From Flectonema sp. DT1601 (taxonomy: Eukaryota): DNA of 64,000 nucleotides. Positions 10,605 through 20,300 of this stretch are shown here, piece by piece; position 1 is the stretch's first letter, and each line of letters opens with the position of its first letter. The DNA lies in contig OZ025795.1 in assembly GCA_964019425.1 (NCBI GenBank), positions 310,001 through 374,000 on the forward strand. The letters run 5' to 3'. The translations under genes were made by a program, and so were the position numbers. The notes below the pieces were generated by a model that had not been told where the DNA came from, did not search any database, and saw nothing but the letters and a program-made list of their open reading frames with translations.

Positions 10605-10704
10605 CAGACAATCAGACAGCCCGTCGTTGTTTGTCACCAGATCTGCACCCAAAGGGAGCAGGTAAGGCATCAGCTTGCAATACGACTTTCTCATCATGTG
10701 TCTG
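10605..10704 (-). ncRNA. Box C/D snoRNA family B, copy 1 (SNORD43/snR70-like target)
   Basis: C AUGAUGA, D CUGA, D' CUGA, 6-bp terminal stem CAGACA/UGUCUG. D guide antisense to SSU GCCCGUCGUUGUUU; D+5 is the decoding-centre C (yeast Cm1639/human Cm1703, recalled). Confidence 0.85.
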
Positions 10705-10732
10705 AAATTACTTCAAAGGAGATACATCAAGA

Positions 10733-10798
10733 GATTCTTGTACACGTGGGTGTGCGTTAATTCCATATCCGGAAGGAACGCGACCGTATTGCGTACTT
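10733..10798 (-). ncRNA. Single-hairpin H/ACA-like (AGA box) snoRNA H1; predicted LSU target UGGGUU-Psi-A-GACCGU
   Basis: Lower stem GUACGC/GUGUAC, upper stem GCGUU/AACGC, pocket arms ACGGUC and ACACCCA, AGA 15 nt below the pocket top. The target is in the peptidyl-transferase region and requires one bulged guide base. Confidence 0.7.
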
Positions 10799-10868
10799 TC
10801 TAAAAAGAGATTGGGAACTTCTTCAACAACAAAAACGATCAGCAGGGAAGCAGGAACACGGCAGAAAA

Positions 10869-10974
10869 AGCAACGCTCAGACACGAAAGCTACGTCAACA
10901 AATAGCATTCAGGTGACTCACGGTCTGCAGAACTATGAGATCGGCTTTCTATCTCGTCAATCATTCGCGTTGCT
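10869..10974 (-). ncRNA. Box C/D snoRNA family C, copy 1
   Basis: 8-bp terminal stem AGCAACGC/GCGUUGCU, D and D' CUGA, atypical C box AUGAUUGA. Guides are antisense to ACACGAAAGCU and UGACUCACGGUCU; targets uncertain, possibly adjacent SSU sites. Confidence 0.7.
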
Positions 10975-11026
10975 ATGTTTCCCTTTTTTCCAACTCCCAC
11001 AAAACACAGAAAAGATGTCGTACACA

Positions 11027-11122
11027 CAGAGCTCAGACAGCAGGACGGTAGTTGCAGTTTGGTTTCATGAGTAAAGGTTGGAAGCCATCAAATATTATGA
11101 TAAGGTGATCATCTTCGCTCTG
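11027..11122 (-). ncRNA. Box C/D snoRNA family D, copy 1
   Basis: Terminal stem CAGAGC/GCUCUG, D CUGA, C variant AAGAUGA. 13-nt D guide antisense to conserved LSU ACAGCAGGACGGU. Confidence 0.8.
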
Positions 11123-11169
11123 AATGACGACAATTCAAATCAAAGACAGGTTCTGGAAAGGTTCTCAAA

Positions 11170-11243
11170 TCAGACAAAGTAGTAGTAAGAAGTTATCGTC
11201 AAATATAATCCGACATATGCTTGTTATGATATGTGATCATCAT
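11170..11243 (-). ncRNA. Box C/D snoRNA family E, copy 1 (U27/snR74-like target)
   Basis: C AUGAUGA, D CUGA. D'-like CGGA is preceded by a guide antisense to the SSU 5' end CAUAUGCUUGUU; D'+5 gives the conserved Am27/28 (recalled). Confidence 0.8.
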
Positions 11244-11271
11244 ATTACTTTAGACAGTCAGTTTCAGAGAA

Positions 11272-11377
11272 AGCAACGCTCAGACACGAAAGCTACGTCA
11301 ACAAATAGCATTCAGGTGACTCACGGTCTGCAGAACTATGAGATCGGCTTTCTATCTCGTCAATCATTCGCGTTGCT
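11272..11377 (-). ncRNA. Box C/D snoRNA family C, copy 2
   Basis: Identical by eye to 10869-10974. Confidence 0.7.
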
Positions 11378-11430
11378 CTTTTCCCCTTTTTTCCAACTCC
11401 TACAAAAACACAGAAAAGATGTCGCACACA

Positions 11431-11526
11431 CAGAGCTCAGACAGCAGGACGGTAGTTGCAGTTTGGTTTCATGAGTAAAGGTTGGAAGCCATCAAATATT
11501 ATGATAAGGTGATCATCTTCGCTCTG
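11431..11526 (-). ncRNA. Box C/D snoRNA family D, copy 2
   Basis: Identical by eye to 11027-11122. Confidence 0.8.
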
Positions 11527-11580
11527 AATGACGACAACTCAAATCAACGAGAAGAAGAAGAAGTGAGAACGACAAGGAAG

Positions 11581-11683
11581 CACGAAGTCAGCAAGTTTTA
11601 AACCTTTTTTCAAGTCACGAGAAATCAGAAGCAAGACTGGCGTTGGAAAGGTTGTGTGTGTTATCCATCATGTGATTCATGTG
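11581..11683 (-). ncRNA. Box C/D snoRNA family F, copy 1 (U38/snR61-like target)
   Basis: D CUGA (11591-11588), D' CUGA (11628-11625), C variant AUGAUGG. D' guide antisense to AAGCAAGACUGGCG versus LSU consensus AAGCAGAACUGGCG; D'+5 gives the yeast Am1133 equivalent (recalled). Confidence 0.75.
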
Positions 11684-11705
11684 AAGGAAGTGAATGTTCG
11701 AAGAC

Positions 11706-11805
11706 CAGACAATCAGACAGCCCGTCGTTGTTTGTCACCAGATCTGCACCCAAAGGGAGCAGGTAAGGCATCAGCTTGCGCTACGACTTTTTCATCACGT
11801 GTCTG
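11706..11805 (-). ncRNA. Box C/D snoRNA family B, copy 2
   Basis: As copy 1, but with C box GUGAUGA and substitutions in the D' guide region. Confidence 0.85.
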
Positions 11806-11868
11806 AAATAAATACATAAAAAGCCAGGTGTGAGGCCTCCCACAATACATAGCACAGCAAGGCTCAAG

Positions 11869-11942
11869 TCAGACAAAGTAGTAGTAAGAAGTTATCGTCA
11901 AATATAATCCGACATATGCTTGTTATGATATGTGATCATCAT
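11869..11942 (-). ncRNA. Box C/D snoRNA family E, copy 2
   Basis: Identical by eye to 11170-11243. Confidence 0.8.
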
Positions 11943-11970
11943 ATTACTTTAGACAGTCAGTTTCAGAGAA

Positions 11971-12076
11971 AGCAACGCTCAGACACGAAAGCTACGTCAA
12001 CAAATAGCATTCAGGTGACTCACGGTCTGCAGAACTATGAGATCGGCTTTCTATCTCGTCAATCATTCGCGTTGCT
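11971..12076 (-). ncRNA. Box C/D snoRNA family C, copy 3
   Basis: Identical by eye to 10869-10974. Confidence 0.7.
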
Positions 12077-12129
12077 ATTTTCCCCTTTTTTCCAACTCCC
12101 ACAAAAACACAGAAAAGATGTCGCACACA

Positions 12130-12225
12130 CAGAGCTCAGACAGCAGGACGGTAGTTGCAGTTTGGTTTCATGAGTAAAGGTTGGAAGCCATCAAATATTA
12201 TGATAAGGTGATCATCTTCGCTCTG
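12130..12225 (-). ncRNA. Box C/D snoRNA family D, copy 3
   Basis: Identical by eye to 11027-11122. Confidence 0.8.
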
Positions 12226-12276
12226 AATGACGACAACTCAAATCAACGAGAAGAAGAAGAGAGAACGACAAGGAAA

Positions 12277-12379
12277 CACGAAGTCAGCAAGTTTTAAACC
12301 TTTTTTCAAGTCACGAGAAATCAGAAGCAAGACTGGCGTTGGAAAGGTTGTGTGTGTTATCCATCATGTGAATCATGTG
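12277..12379 (-). ncRNA. Box C/D snoRNA family F, copy 2
   Basis: Near-identical to 11581-11683. Confidence 0.75.
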
Positions 12380-12452
12380 AGAAGTGCTGGTATTCCAAAT
12401 GCATGAAAGGAATCGAAAAAGAACAACGCACTCACAACAGCAGGGCAACAAA

Positions 12453-12545
12453 AGGATCAGCTTGAAGGCCGAAATTACTTGAAATCAATAAAAAGGATTT
12501 TCATACGAACGAGATCTATTGGGTAATTTCTATATCATCATGAGA
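12453..12545 (-). ncRNA. Box C/D snoRNA family A, copy 2
   Basis: Identical by eye to 10410-10502. Confidence 0.85.
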
Positions 12546-13077
12546 GAGACTTGTCAACAAATTTGAAATGTACAATCCGTATCTTATTATTTGTGACTGC
12601 TGCTAAATAAAATATTAACGTAACGGCGAACTAAAACCTATCTTACGATGAAGAAAGTAAAACGCAAAGCGTTACAATCACAAGAGTACTTCGCAATAAT
12701 ATTGTTAAGAAATAAGAATAAAAATAGAAGTTCAGCGGCAGCTAAACTCTACAATCAAATAAGAGCTGCGCCAACTGGTTGGCAAAAAAACAAATCAACT
12801 TCAACTCTGTACTTTCGTTTGGGTAGTTAGTGAGCCCAGGTTCCAAGAAAATCAAAAAAAAAAAAAAAAAAAAGTGTCTTTGACACTAAATATTTCCTGT
12901 CAATTATTAAAACACACACAAGTGAAATAAATTGAACGGTAGTTAATTCAAACAAACAGTCATCTCACAGAAATCGGTTCATGTCAGTGGTTAGAGTGAC
13001 TGATCAACATTCCTTCTTTGAAGGAATACAATTTCAGTGAATAATTGAAAGGTTTGTTGTGTTTGTTTGTATTGACT

Positions 13078-16000
13078 TCATTGAATATTGTGATCAAGTA
13101 ATGGATACTTACCACCAAGTCTGTAAACACTCAACACCTCAGCCAAGTGAGGAGGGGACACTACTTCATTAGCTTCTTTACGCTCAGCTTTAGAGAGCAG
13201 TTCCATATTTTGTCTGATCGCAGTTTTTATGCCTTCTCTGTTAATCCTTGATAATGGAAACCCATACTGATCAATAGTCAAATCAATAAGTGTCTTATTT
13301 CTAAGACAGCTATTATCTAACGACCCTCCAAGTACTAAACGAAAAGCACTGTGACCCCTCTCATCAATAGCATTATGACGAAGAGACAGAGAGAGAAGAG
13401 TTGTATTAAATCGCAAAGCCTCAGCTATTTGTTCAGCTCCGAAATTTTCAATTCTGTTGCAAAGCTCTCCAATAGCGACAGTCATTATAAGAAATCCGAG
13501 GTCTAATTTACGAACTGTTTTATTTATCTTTAAGAACTCAGCAACATACGTAGATCCAACTGAACCAATTCCTGAGGACGAAACATCCAACATCTCAAGC
13601 TTCATGTCCGTGACTGAAAATAACATTTTCGCACCTTCATCTCCCAGTCTATTACAACCCAAACCTAATGACCTGAGTCCCGTTGGCTTTCTGAGCATAT
13701 CACAAATAGAAGGAATTGACTTGATAGTTATTCCATTACCATTTAAGTAAAGAACTTGTAAGTGTTTATTATCAGTCAATCCCTTCATAAGTATTTCTGT
13801 ACCCTCATCAAGAAGACCTGTACAGGTTAGATCAAGAACTTTTAAGTGTCGATTTAATGAAATCATTTTTGATAAATGAACAGCAGCAAATGGCTTCAGA
13901 GGATTTCTCTTCAGCCATAATTGGTTTACGTAGTCATCAGTTTGAAGAGCGTCACACAAAGGTTTAATACCAACGTCAGTTAAGTGATTACCTGCTATGT
14001 ACCAAGTTGATACTGATGATGATTTATTTATTACCATGTCAGCTACCCCGTTACCAAGATTATCACCAGCAATGTTATTACCCAACAACAAGTGTCTCAC
14101 TTTACTTTGATTGTCATTTCGTAAGCTGTCAAGCAACGGTTCGATTCCCTTCGGACCGATTACCTGCTTACATAAATCAAGACGACCATCACCACACATG
14201 GTTCCTTTTGTAAATGCTATAAAGTCATTCGCTTTTTTAAGTTTATCAGCTGTTTTAATATAATCCAACACAGGTTGCATCTGAGTACCAGTTGCGATAT
14301 CAACAGGTTCTGGTTCTGGATGAAGTATCATTTGTGATAGAGGAAGGTCAGATACTAATTGTTGATATTCTTGTTGACTTCTCTGTTGATCGATAATGTT
14401 CTCCTTCCAGTTTGAGTAGATAATTGATTTCTTTAGATTGTAGTAATCAAGATTGTATTTGGTGTTTAAAATATCTTTTATTGATTTCACTACTTCATTA
14501 AACTTCTTAATCTTATCGTAGGTTGCCTTAGACGGTAATATTGATTCCATGTTACGAACTAACTTGTCACTCGTCAGTTTCACGAGTTCAGTTTTCTTCG
14601 CAGAGTAGGTACGACGAGTCTTCAAGCAATGGAGGACACAATCTGACGGACGCTCACTTGTCGATGCGGATATACATTTTTGGTAGTCTTCGTACAGCTT
14701 GTCAGCAATTAACTGCGACACTGTTTCCAACAACTCTCTGACGACTGGTTGTGAGCGATGGGATTCCTCATCCTGTTCTTGAACTACATCACAAAGACAG
14801 TTATTCTCTTTTTCACAAACATTTACCTTCCTAGAAGTTCCAGTACACGATAATAAACAAAGTCTTTCCATATCCTCCCAACCACCGTAGTATTGAATTG
14901 AATGAAGTAATTTCATTGTAATGTCAAAACGACTTTCTGATGTCGGCTGTTCATTTATAATAGCCCACCACAACCAATAGACTGTCTGGTTAGAACGTTC
15001 CTGTAGTGTCACGTAGTCAGAATTAGATATTTCTTTTTTCTTGAATGGAGATCTCAATTTCTTTTTTCCAACATTTACATACTGACACCATGAAAGAAGT
15101 AACAAGTCACTGTCTATTGTCTTTGTATCAACTGAAGGATGACCTCTCATTTCCTTAACGAATTCTCTAATGTCACTCTGTTGAAAACAGACATGAGGGT
15201 CCATAGCAATAGTCTTCCCTTTTGATTTACAAGTTTCCCAGAAAGTTGTTGTGAGTAAGAACTTGTTACAAATACCAACAGGAATGAGTGGGAATAAATC
15301 ATCTTCAGAACCTCTACACTTCATTGTTGATGATAGTTTTATTTGTAAGTCTGGTTCTGGTTGTGACTCCAGTGGATTAATAATAACAGAACTATCAAAT
15401 TGAGTATTGTCAGATACTTGAAGCTGATCTAACCAGTTTGAGATGTCATCGATGGGCCATTTTCCAATCGCTTTTTTAAAATGATCACCAGAATGACTTT
15501 TAACTAACGGATTTCTAAACACCTGAGAGAGTCTAACAGTCCTATCTGATGGCATGATGGTATCTGTTTCTCCATAAATATGAAATGATGGAATCTCAAG
15601 ATTCATTGAAGTGCTGTGAAGGTCTTTAAAACGATCACGAGAATCTCTACATTCTCCACCTGAAATACAAATATAACATTTTGGAGTAAAGTACTTAGCC
15701 TTGTCTGAACCAGATGCCTGTAGTGAAGCCATTATAGCGGCTATACAGGCACCTTGACTGAATCCTATCACACATTGAAACGGACCGTTAATGTTAAAAT
15801 AATTATTAAGATATTCAATAGATTCATCTAACCCTTCATAAATAAGATCACCTGACTCACTAGTTGTAGAGTTGTACCAATGTCTTCCTGTGTTTGCAAT
15901 CATTTGAACGTTTCCTTCTGAAAATGAACTTTTGTGAGGAGCGTCTGCGAACACGAATTCGACGTTGCTGTTTTTACTGATTCCAGTCAGGGCTTGTTTT

Positions 16001-16725
16001 GCTGCTCTTGAGAAGCTTCTTCCATTTTGACGAAGTCCATGTAACACCAGTACTCTGATCAAACCAGTTTTTGTACTAACAGATTGCTCAGGAACGACGT
16101 TACTCACGTTACTCTGTTTCGGAGATGACTTTGCCTCCACAGCAGAGATATACCTCATTTCAGATTGGGTTGATTCCCTTCCAAGTAATTCGTTGCGGAG
16201 AGGATCACGTTTAAATTTCTCGAGGATGCCACGCATTCGAATCGAGTCCTTAAAACATTTGTTAACACGAGTTCCAACAGAACTCCCAACACCACCATGA
16301 TGACTTATTATTGAAGTAAATCCAACAATAGCTCTTCTAACATCAAACATGATCTCAGAATCACACAAAGCTATGTAAATAAAACAAATATAAGTCCACG
16401 GAAGTGATGAAATTGAAGCTCCGATATCATCAGCTGCTGAATTTGATATTTTCGAAATGACTTCGTCGAATTCGAATCTTCTTTCTTTATTGATGACGCG
16501 GTGTATCTGACTTAGTAGTATTATTGAGGCTACCTTACCTTCGATACTACCTGACTCATTCCAGTCTTTCCATGTATTATCTTGTATGTAGTTATTAAAA
16601 GTACTTCTCATATAATCAATTGTTTCAACTCGACTTAATCTTCTTTGTGAATCAACACATCCCCACCATAGTTTACTTCTCCATTGGAGATTGTCTCCGA
16701 ACCAAAAATTTAAAACTTCGTTCAT
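13078..16725 (-). CDS. Fusion protein: DUF924-like + FSH1/OVCA2 serine hydrolase + ribonuclease-inhibitor-like LRR
   Basis: DUF924-like: EVLNFWFG..ASIILLSQIHR..ILEKFKRDPLRNELLGRESTQSE. FSH1: RVLVLHGLRQNG, IGFSQGA, PSFHIYGETDTIMP, HSGDH. C-terminus: FTKGTMCGDGRLDLCKQVIGP followed by ~28-aa LxxLxLxxNxI repeats. Intronless, 1215 aa. Confidence 0.85.
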   Translation of the reverse strand: MNEVLNFWFGDNLQWRSKLWWGCVDSQRRLSRVETIDYMRSTFNNYIQDNTWKDWNESGSIEGKVASIILLSQIHRVINKERRFEFDEVISKISNSAADDIGASISSLPWTYICFIYIALCDSEIMFDVRRAIVGFTSIISHHGGVGSSVGTRVNKCFKDSIRMRGILEKFKRDPLRNELLGRESTQSEMRYISAVEAKSSPKQSNVSNVVPEQSVSTKTGLIRVLVLHGLRQNGRSFSRAAKQALTGISKNSNVEFVFADAPHKSSFSEGNVQMIANTGRHWYNSTTSESGDLIYEGLDESIEYLNNYFNINGPFQCVIGFSQGACIAAIMASLQASGSDKAKYFTPKCYICISGGECRDSRDRFKDLHSTSMNLEIPSFHIYGETDTIMPSDRTVRLSQVFRNPLVKSHSGDHFKKAIGKWPIDDISNWLDQLQVSDNTQFDSSVIINPLESQPEPDLQIKLSSTMKCRGSEDDLFPLIPVGICNKFLLTTTFWETCKSKGKTIAMDPHVCFQQSDIREFVKEMRGHPSVDTKTIDSDLLLLSWCQYVNVGKKKLRSPFKKKEISNSDYVTLQERSNQTVYWLWWAIINEQPTSESRFDITMKLLHSIQYYGGWEDMERLCLLSCTGTSRKVNVCEKENNCLCDVVQEQDEESHRSQPVVRELLETVSQLIADKLYEDYQKCISASTSERPSDCVLHCLKTRRTYSAKKTELVKLTSDKLVRNMESILPSKATYDKIKKFNEVVKSIKDILNTKYNLDYYNLKKSIIYSNWKENIIDQQRSQQEYQQLVSDLPLSQMILHPEPEPVDIATGTQMQPVLDYIKTADKLKKANDFIAFTKGTMCGDGRLDLCKQVIGPKGIEPLLDSLRNDNQSKVRHLLLGNNIAGDNLGNGVADMVINKSSSVSTWYIAGNHLTDVGIKPLCDALQTDDYVNQLWLKRNPLKPFAAVHLSKMISLNRHLKVLDLTCTGLLDEGTEILMKGLTDNKHLQVLYLNGNGITIKSIPSICDMLRKPTGLRSLGLGCNRLGDEGAKMLFSVTDMKLEMLDVSSSGIGSVGSTYVAEFLKINKTVRKLDLGFLIMTVAIGELCNRIENFGAEQIAEALRFNTTLLSLSLRHNAIDERGHSAFRLVLGGSLDNSCLRNKTLIDLTIDQYGFPLSRINREGIKTAIRQNMELLSKAERKEANEVVSPPHLAEVLSVYRLGGKYPLLDHNIQ

Positions 16726-17346
16726 AATAGTTGTTGTGTATTTGGGTTTTTACTGAAAAAAGGAAACTGATGATTGAAAGTAACTACGTAGTAAGGATGA
16801 TTGTTAACAAAATGTGTGTGTACCACATGTTTGATCACAAAACATGTTTAAAAAGAACTTGAGTGTAATCTGTAGAGCATTGTGAATCTCAGTAGCTGTA
16901 AGAGGGGTGAATAAAAAAAGTATAATTAAAATTAAAATTATATAATAATAAAAAAACAAAGAAAACCAGATCACACTGATTAAAGTTCTTTCTCATGAGA
17001 CTTTAAAGCGACAGGGCGCCAAGTAAAGATCAAGGCAGGGCACCTGAAATGGCTTCTTGCAATTTTAATTCTCGTCTTGCGTTCTGCGAGCAGTCTTCTT
17101 CCCATTCTGATTGATAATTGGAGAGGAAGGCTGCAGCAGTTTTTTTTTTTGTTTTTTGTTTTTTTTAATATTATTTTTCATTTTTTTTGCTTTTTTTTTT
17201 TTTTCAAATCCGAAAACCTCTAGCAACCATCTCTTTTTTTTTTTTTCCCGCCGGTCGATTTACCAATCGACTATTCAGCCTGATCACTTTTCTAATCTGA
17301 CTGACTAAAGAAGTGAGTGATTTCCAAGGGAGCTGTTTATATGGTT

Positions 17347-20300
17347 TTAGCATTCTGACAACTTTAAACGAGGAATTACGTTCATTGACATCATCTCTTG
17401 AAATAATAATTTACAAGCGTATGGAACTTTAACAGAAGAAACGTGAGCGTATGAATTACAGAACTTGCAGTATCCTGAGTACCCAATCAGACCACAGTTA
17501 CCACAGACGTAGACAAGAAACTCATCAGAACTAAACATAAGTCGTTCATTGAGAAGCATTGCAGCACCGTAACCTACTAAGCAATCACGTTCCATCTCTC
17601 CAAGTCTCATACCTCCTCCTCTGGCTCTTCCTTCTGTTGGTTGGCGAGTCATGGTCGTTCTTCGTCCAACTGATCTAGCGTGCATTTTATCAAGAACCAT
17701 ATGCTTAAGTTTTTGGTAGTAGATTGGACCAAAGAATACGTATGCCGGCATCTGTTCACCAGTAATACCTGAAGTCATTAAATCTTTACCGTGGTAAGAG
17801 TAACCAGCTCTCACTAATCGTTCCCCAATGTCGTGAACCTTATCCGCACCAGTGTTTCTTTTTGTTTGATCACCAAATGCCGTGGCATATCCGTGTTTTC
17901 CAACTGTGATACCAGCCTTTCCAGATATCATCTCAATCATTTTTCCAACAGTCATACGACTAGGGAAACCATGGGGATTCATAATAAGATCTGGTGGCAT
18001 TCCAAGTCTATTAAATGGAAGCTCTGCTTGATGAACAATTAAACCACAAACACCCTTCTGTCCGTGACGACTTGAAAATTTGTCTCCGAATTCTGGTTGT
18101 CTTGTCTCTCTAAGAAGAACCTTAACAGTTCTTTGACCCTCAAATGAGCTAATTGAGACCTGATCCACTACCGCTTCTGTTCCTTTGAATCTGAGAACTG
18201 ACGGAGTGTACTCTACTTCGGATTTACCGTCTTTGTCAACACCTGTTTTGTTTATATTTTTGGGTATTTAAAAAAAGTAAAAAACCATTCAGATAAGCCT
18301 TATATTTTGTTGATCTCAGCTAGTTTTACTGGCGCACAGGGAAATAGATAACATGACATAATAAATAACGGCTCTTAATCTGAATAGTTTCTTCTCCGAC
18401 TTCGTCGGTGCAAAAAAGAAATATTAACATCCAATAAAACATACCAGCAATATGAGGGATGTGTTTATTCACAAGGATGTCTCCAGTTTTAACACGAGCT
18501 CCCTTTGGTACAATTCCATCTTGATCAAGAGCCTGTAGATCTTCAACTTTAGTATCAGCAGGTTTTGGACTAATAATATCACACCATGTTTCTAGAACGT
18601 TATTTGATGATTTTGCCTCTCGTAGGGTGCAGGAGTATTTCTTCATCATCATACACCTTCCAAGACCTCGTTCGATAGAACATTTATTCCAAATTTGAGC
18701 ATCTTCAATATCGTAACCGCTGTATGACATAACTGCGACCATGCAGTTGTTTCCAGCTGGGAGTTGTTCAAATCCAATTAGGTCAATAATTCTTGTCTTT
18801 ACCATTGGTTTTTGTGGATAGACTAACAGGTAAAGTACCGTGTCAATTCTAACTTGTTGATTTAACGCCATGCATCCCATTGCTTGCTTACCCATGGCAC
18901 ATTGATATGTATTTCTAGGACTTTGATTATGATGTGGAAATGGTACAAGACCAGCAACAACACCCATGATGGTGAATGGTTCGATTTCGATGTGAGTTGA
19001 CTGAGCTGAGATGTCTTCTTCTCTCATTGCAATGTATGAATTGTTTTCTTCATTGACGTCAAGATATTCAATAATACCGGATTTTAAGAAATCATAGAAA
19101 TTAGTAATTCCCTGAGCCAACTGTTTCATAAGAAACTTACTAACCCTTGGAACACCATTATCCACAATGATCAAAGGACGACAAACTCTTCCTTCATCCG
19201 TTGCTATTGTAATCGACTTTAGAGTAGCGTTGTACTGAATCGAAGTGAAAGGATCGATTCGACCTCGTCTACGAAGCTCTCTAAATTGTTGTAAAAATCT
19301 ATTGTGATATCTGTGGATTCCTAGTAAGTGACCGTTTAAAAACACGGTTACTTTCTTACGAATGTCGTCACCAGCAGTCATCTCGATGTCCTCGACTCCG
19401 ATATTTAAACAGATGTCAGCTATTGGTCCTTCCTTACCCATGTTAGTTACTTGACATAATAATGAGAAATTTTTTACAAGACCACACTTTTCTCCTTCAG
19501 GTGTGTCAGCTGGACACAACATTCCCCATTGGGATGGTTGAAGCGAACGCGGACCAGCCAATTTGAGCGATGCATCAACACCAGATGCAACTCTTGTCAT
19601 CATACCCAACGCTGCAATGTATGAGTAGCGACATAGCAGTTGTGTTACACCTTTTTTATCAATTTTGAAACGACGAATATTCCAATTACCGCTACTGATA
19701 GCTAGTTGTAAAGCTTTTGTAATTATCTGTGAACTCTGCATTAGAGCTCCGAAATGAAAAGCAGTCGCTCGTTGTTTTTTTGTTATACTTTTGTCAGCTT
19801 CCTTTTTAATTTCTTGATTGAAAATTTTGAAAAGATCTTCGAACTGAAGAGATAAAAGATTTCCAGCAAGTTCCAAACGTTTATTTCCATAGTAATCCTT
19901 ATCATCTAAGATAGAAGGATCGTCCCTCCCGAGGAGCATACGCCTCGTCATGATACACAACGTTGCTATTTTATTACGAAAACACCAATCATGAACTGGA
20001 ATATGACAAAGTACAATGTTAGCTAAATGATCAGCAGCTCTATCAGAACCGTCTTGGGCTTTGTAGATGTCACTTTTTGTTTTGTCAGGTACGAATCGAT
20101 TTCCTATATATTCTAATGCTTGGCTTTGAGTAAAAACTTCAGATGTAATACACTCATTCATCGTGTTTAGAAGTATAGTTTGAAATGATTTTTCTGTTCC
20201 AACCATTTGAATGAATTCCTGTTCATGTTCACAACCCATAGCCTTAAGGACGATCATTATGTTTATTTCTTCAGTCCAGGCATTGGTTTGAACTTTAATC

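Larger units (their letters stand above)
10278..12545 (-). repeat. Mosaic tandemly duplicated snoRNA cluster (16 complete genes of 8 families plus 1 fragment)
   Basis: Near-identical modules recur at offsets of 403 bp (10869/11272) and 699 bp (11272/11971). A ~124-bp block occurs at 10379-10502 and 12422-12545. Each conserved module has C/D or AGA boxes on the minus strand. Confidence 0.9.

Noticed and set aside
10811..12173. Repeated plus-strand ORFs (87, 116 and 85 aa) or a CRISPR-like array
   Set aside because: The ORFs are antisense to snoRNA modules. Repeat units are ~100 bp or more without unique spacers, and there are no cas genes.
10379..12545. LTR/TRIM-like element suggested by ~124-bp terminal direct repeats
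   Set aside because: No TG..CA ends, target-site duplication, PBS or coding capacity. The repeats are two copies of a C/D snoRNA.
12960..13025. Hairpin with AGA as a further H/ACA candidate
   Set aside because: AGA overlaps the stem, the pocket spacing is off, and no convincing rRNA target was found.
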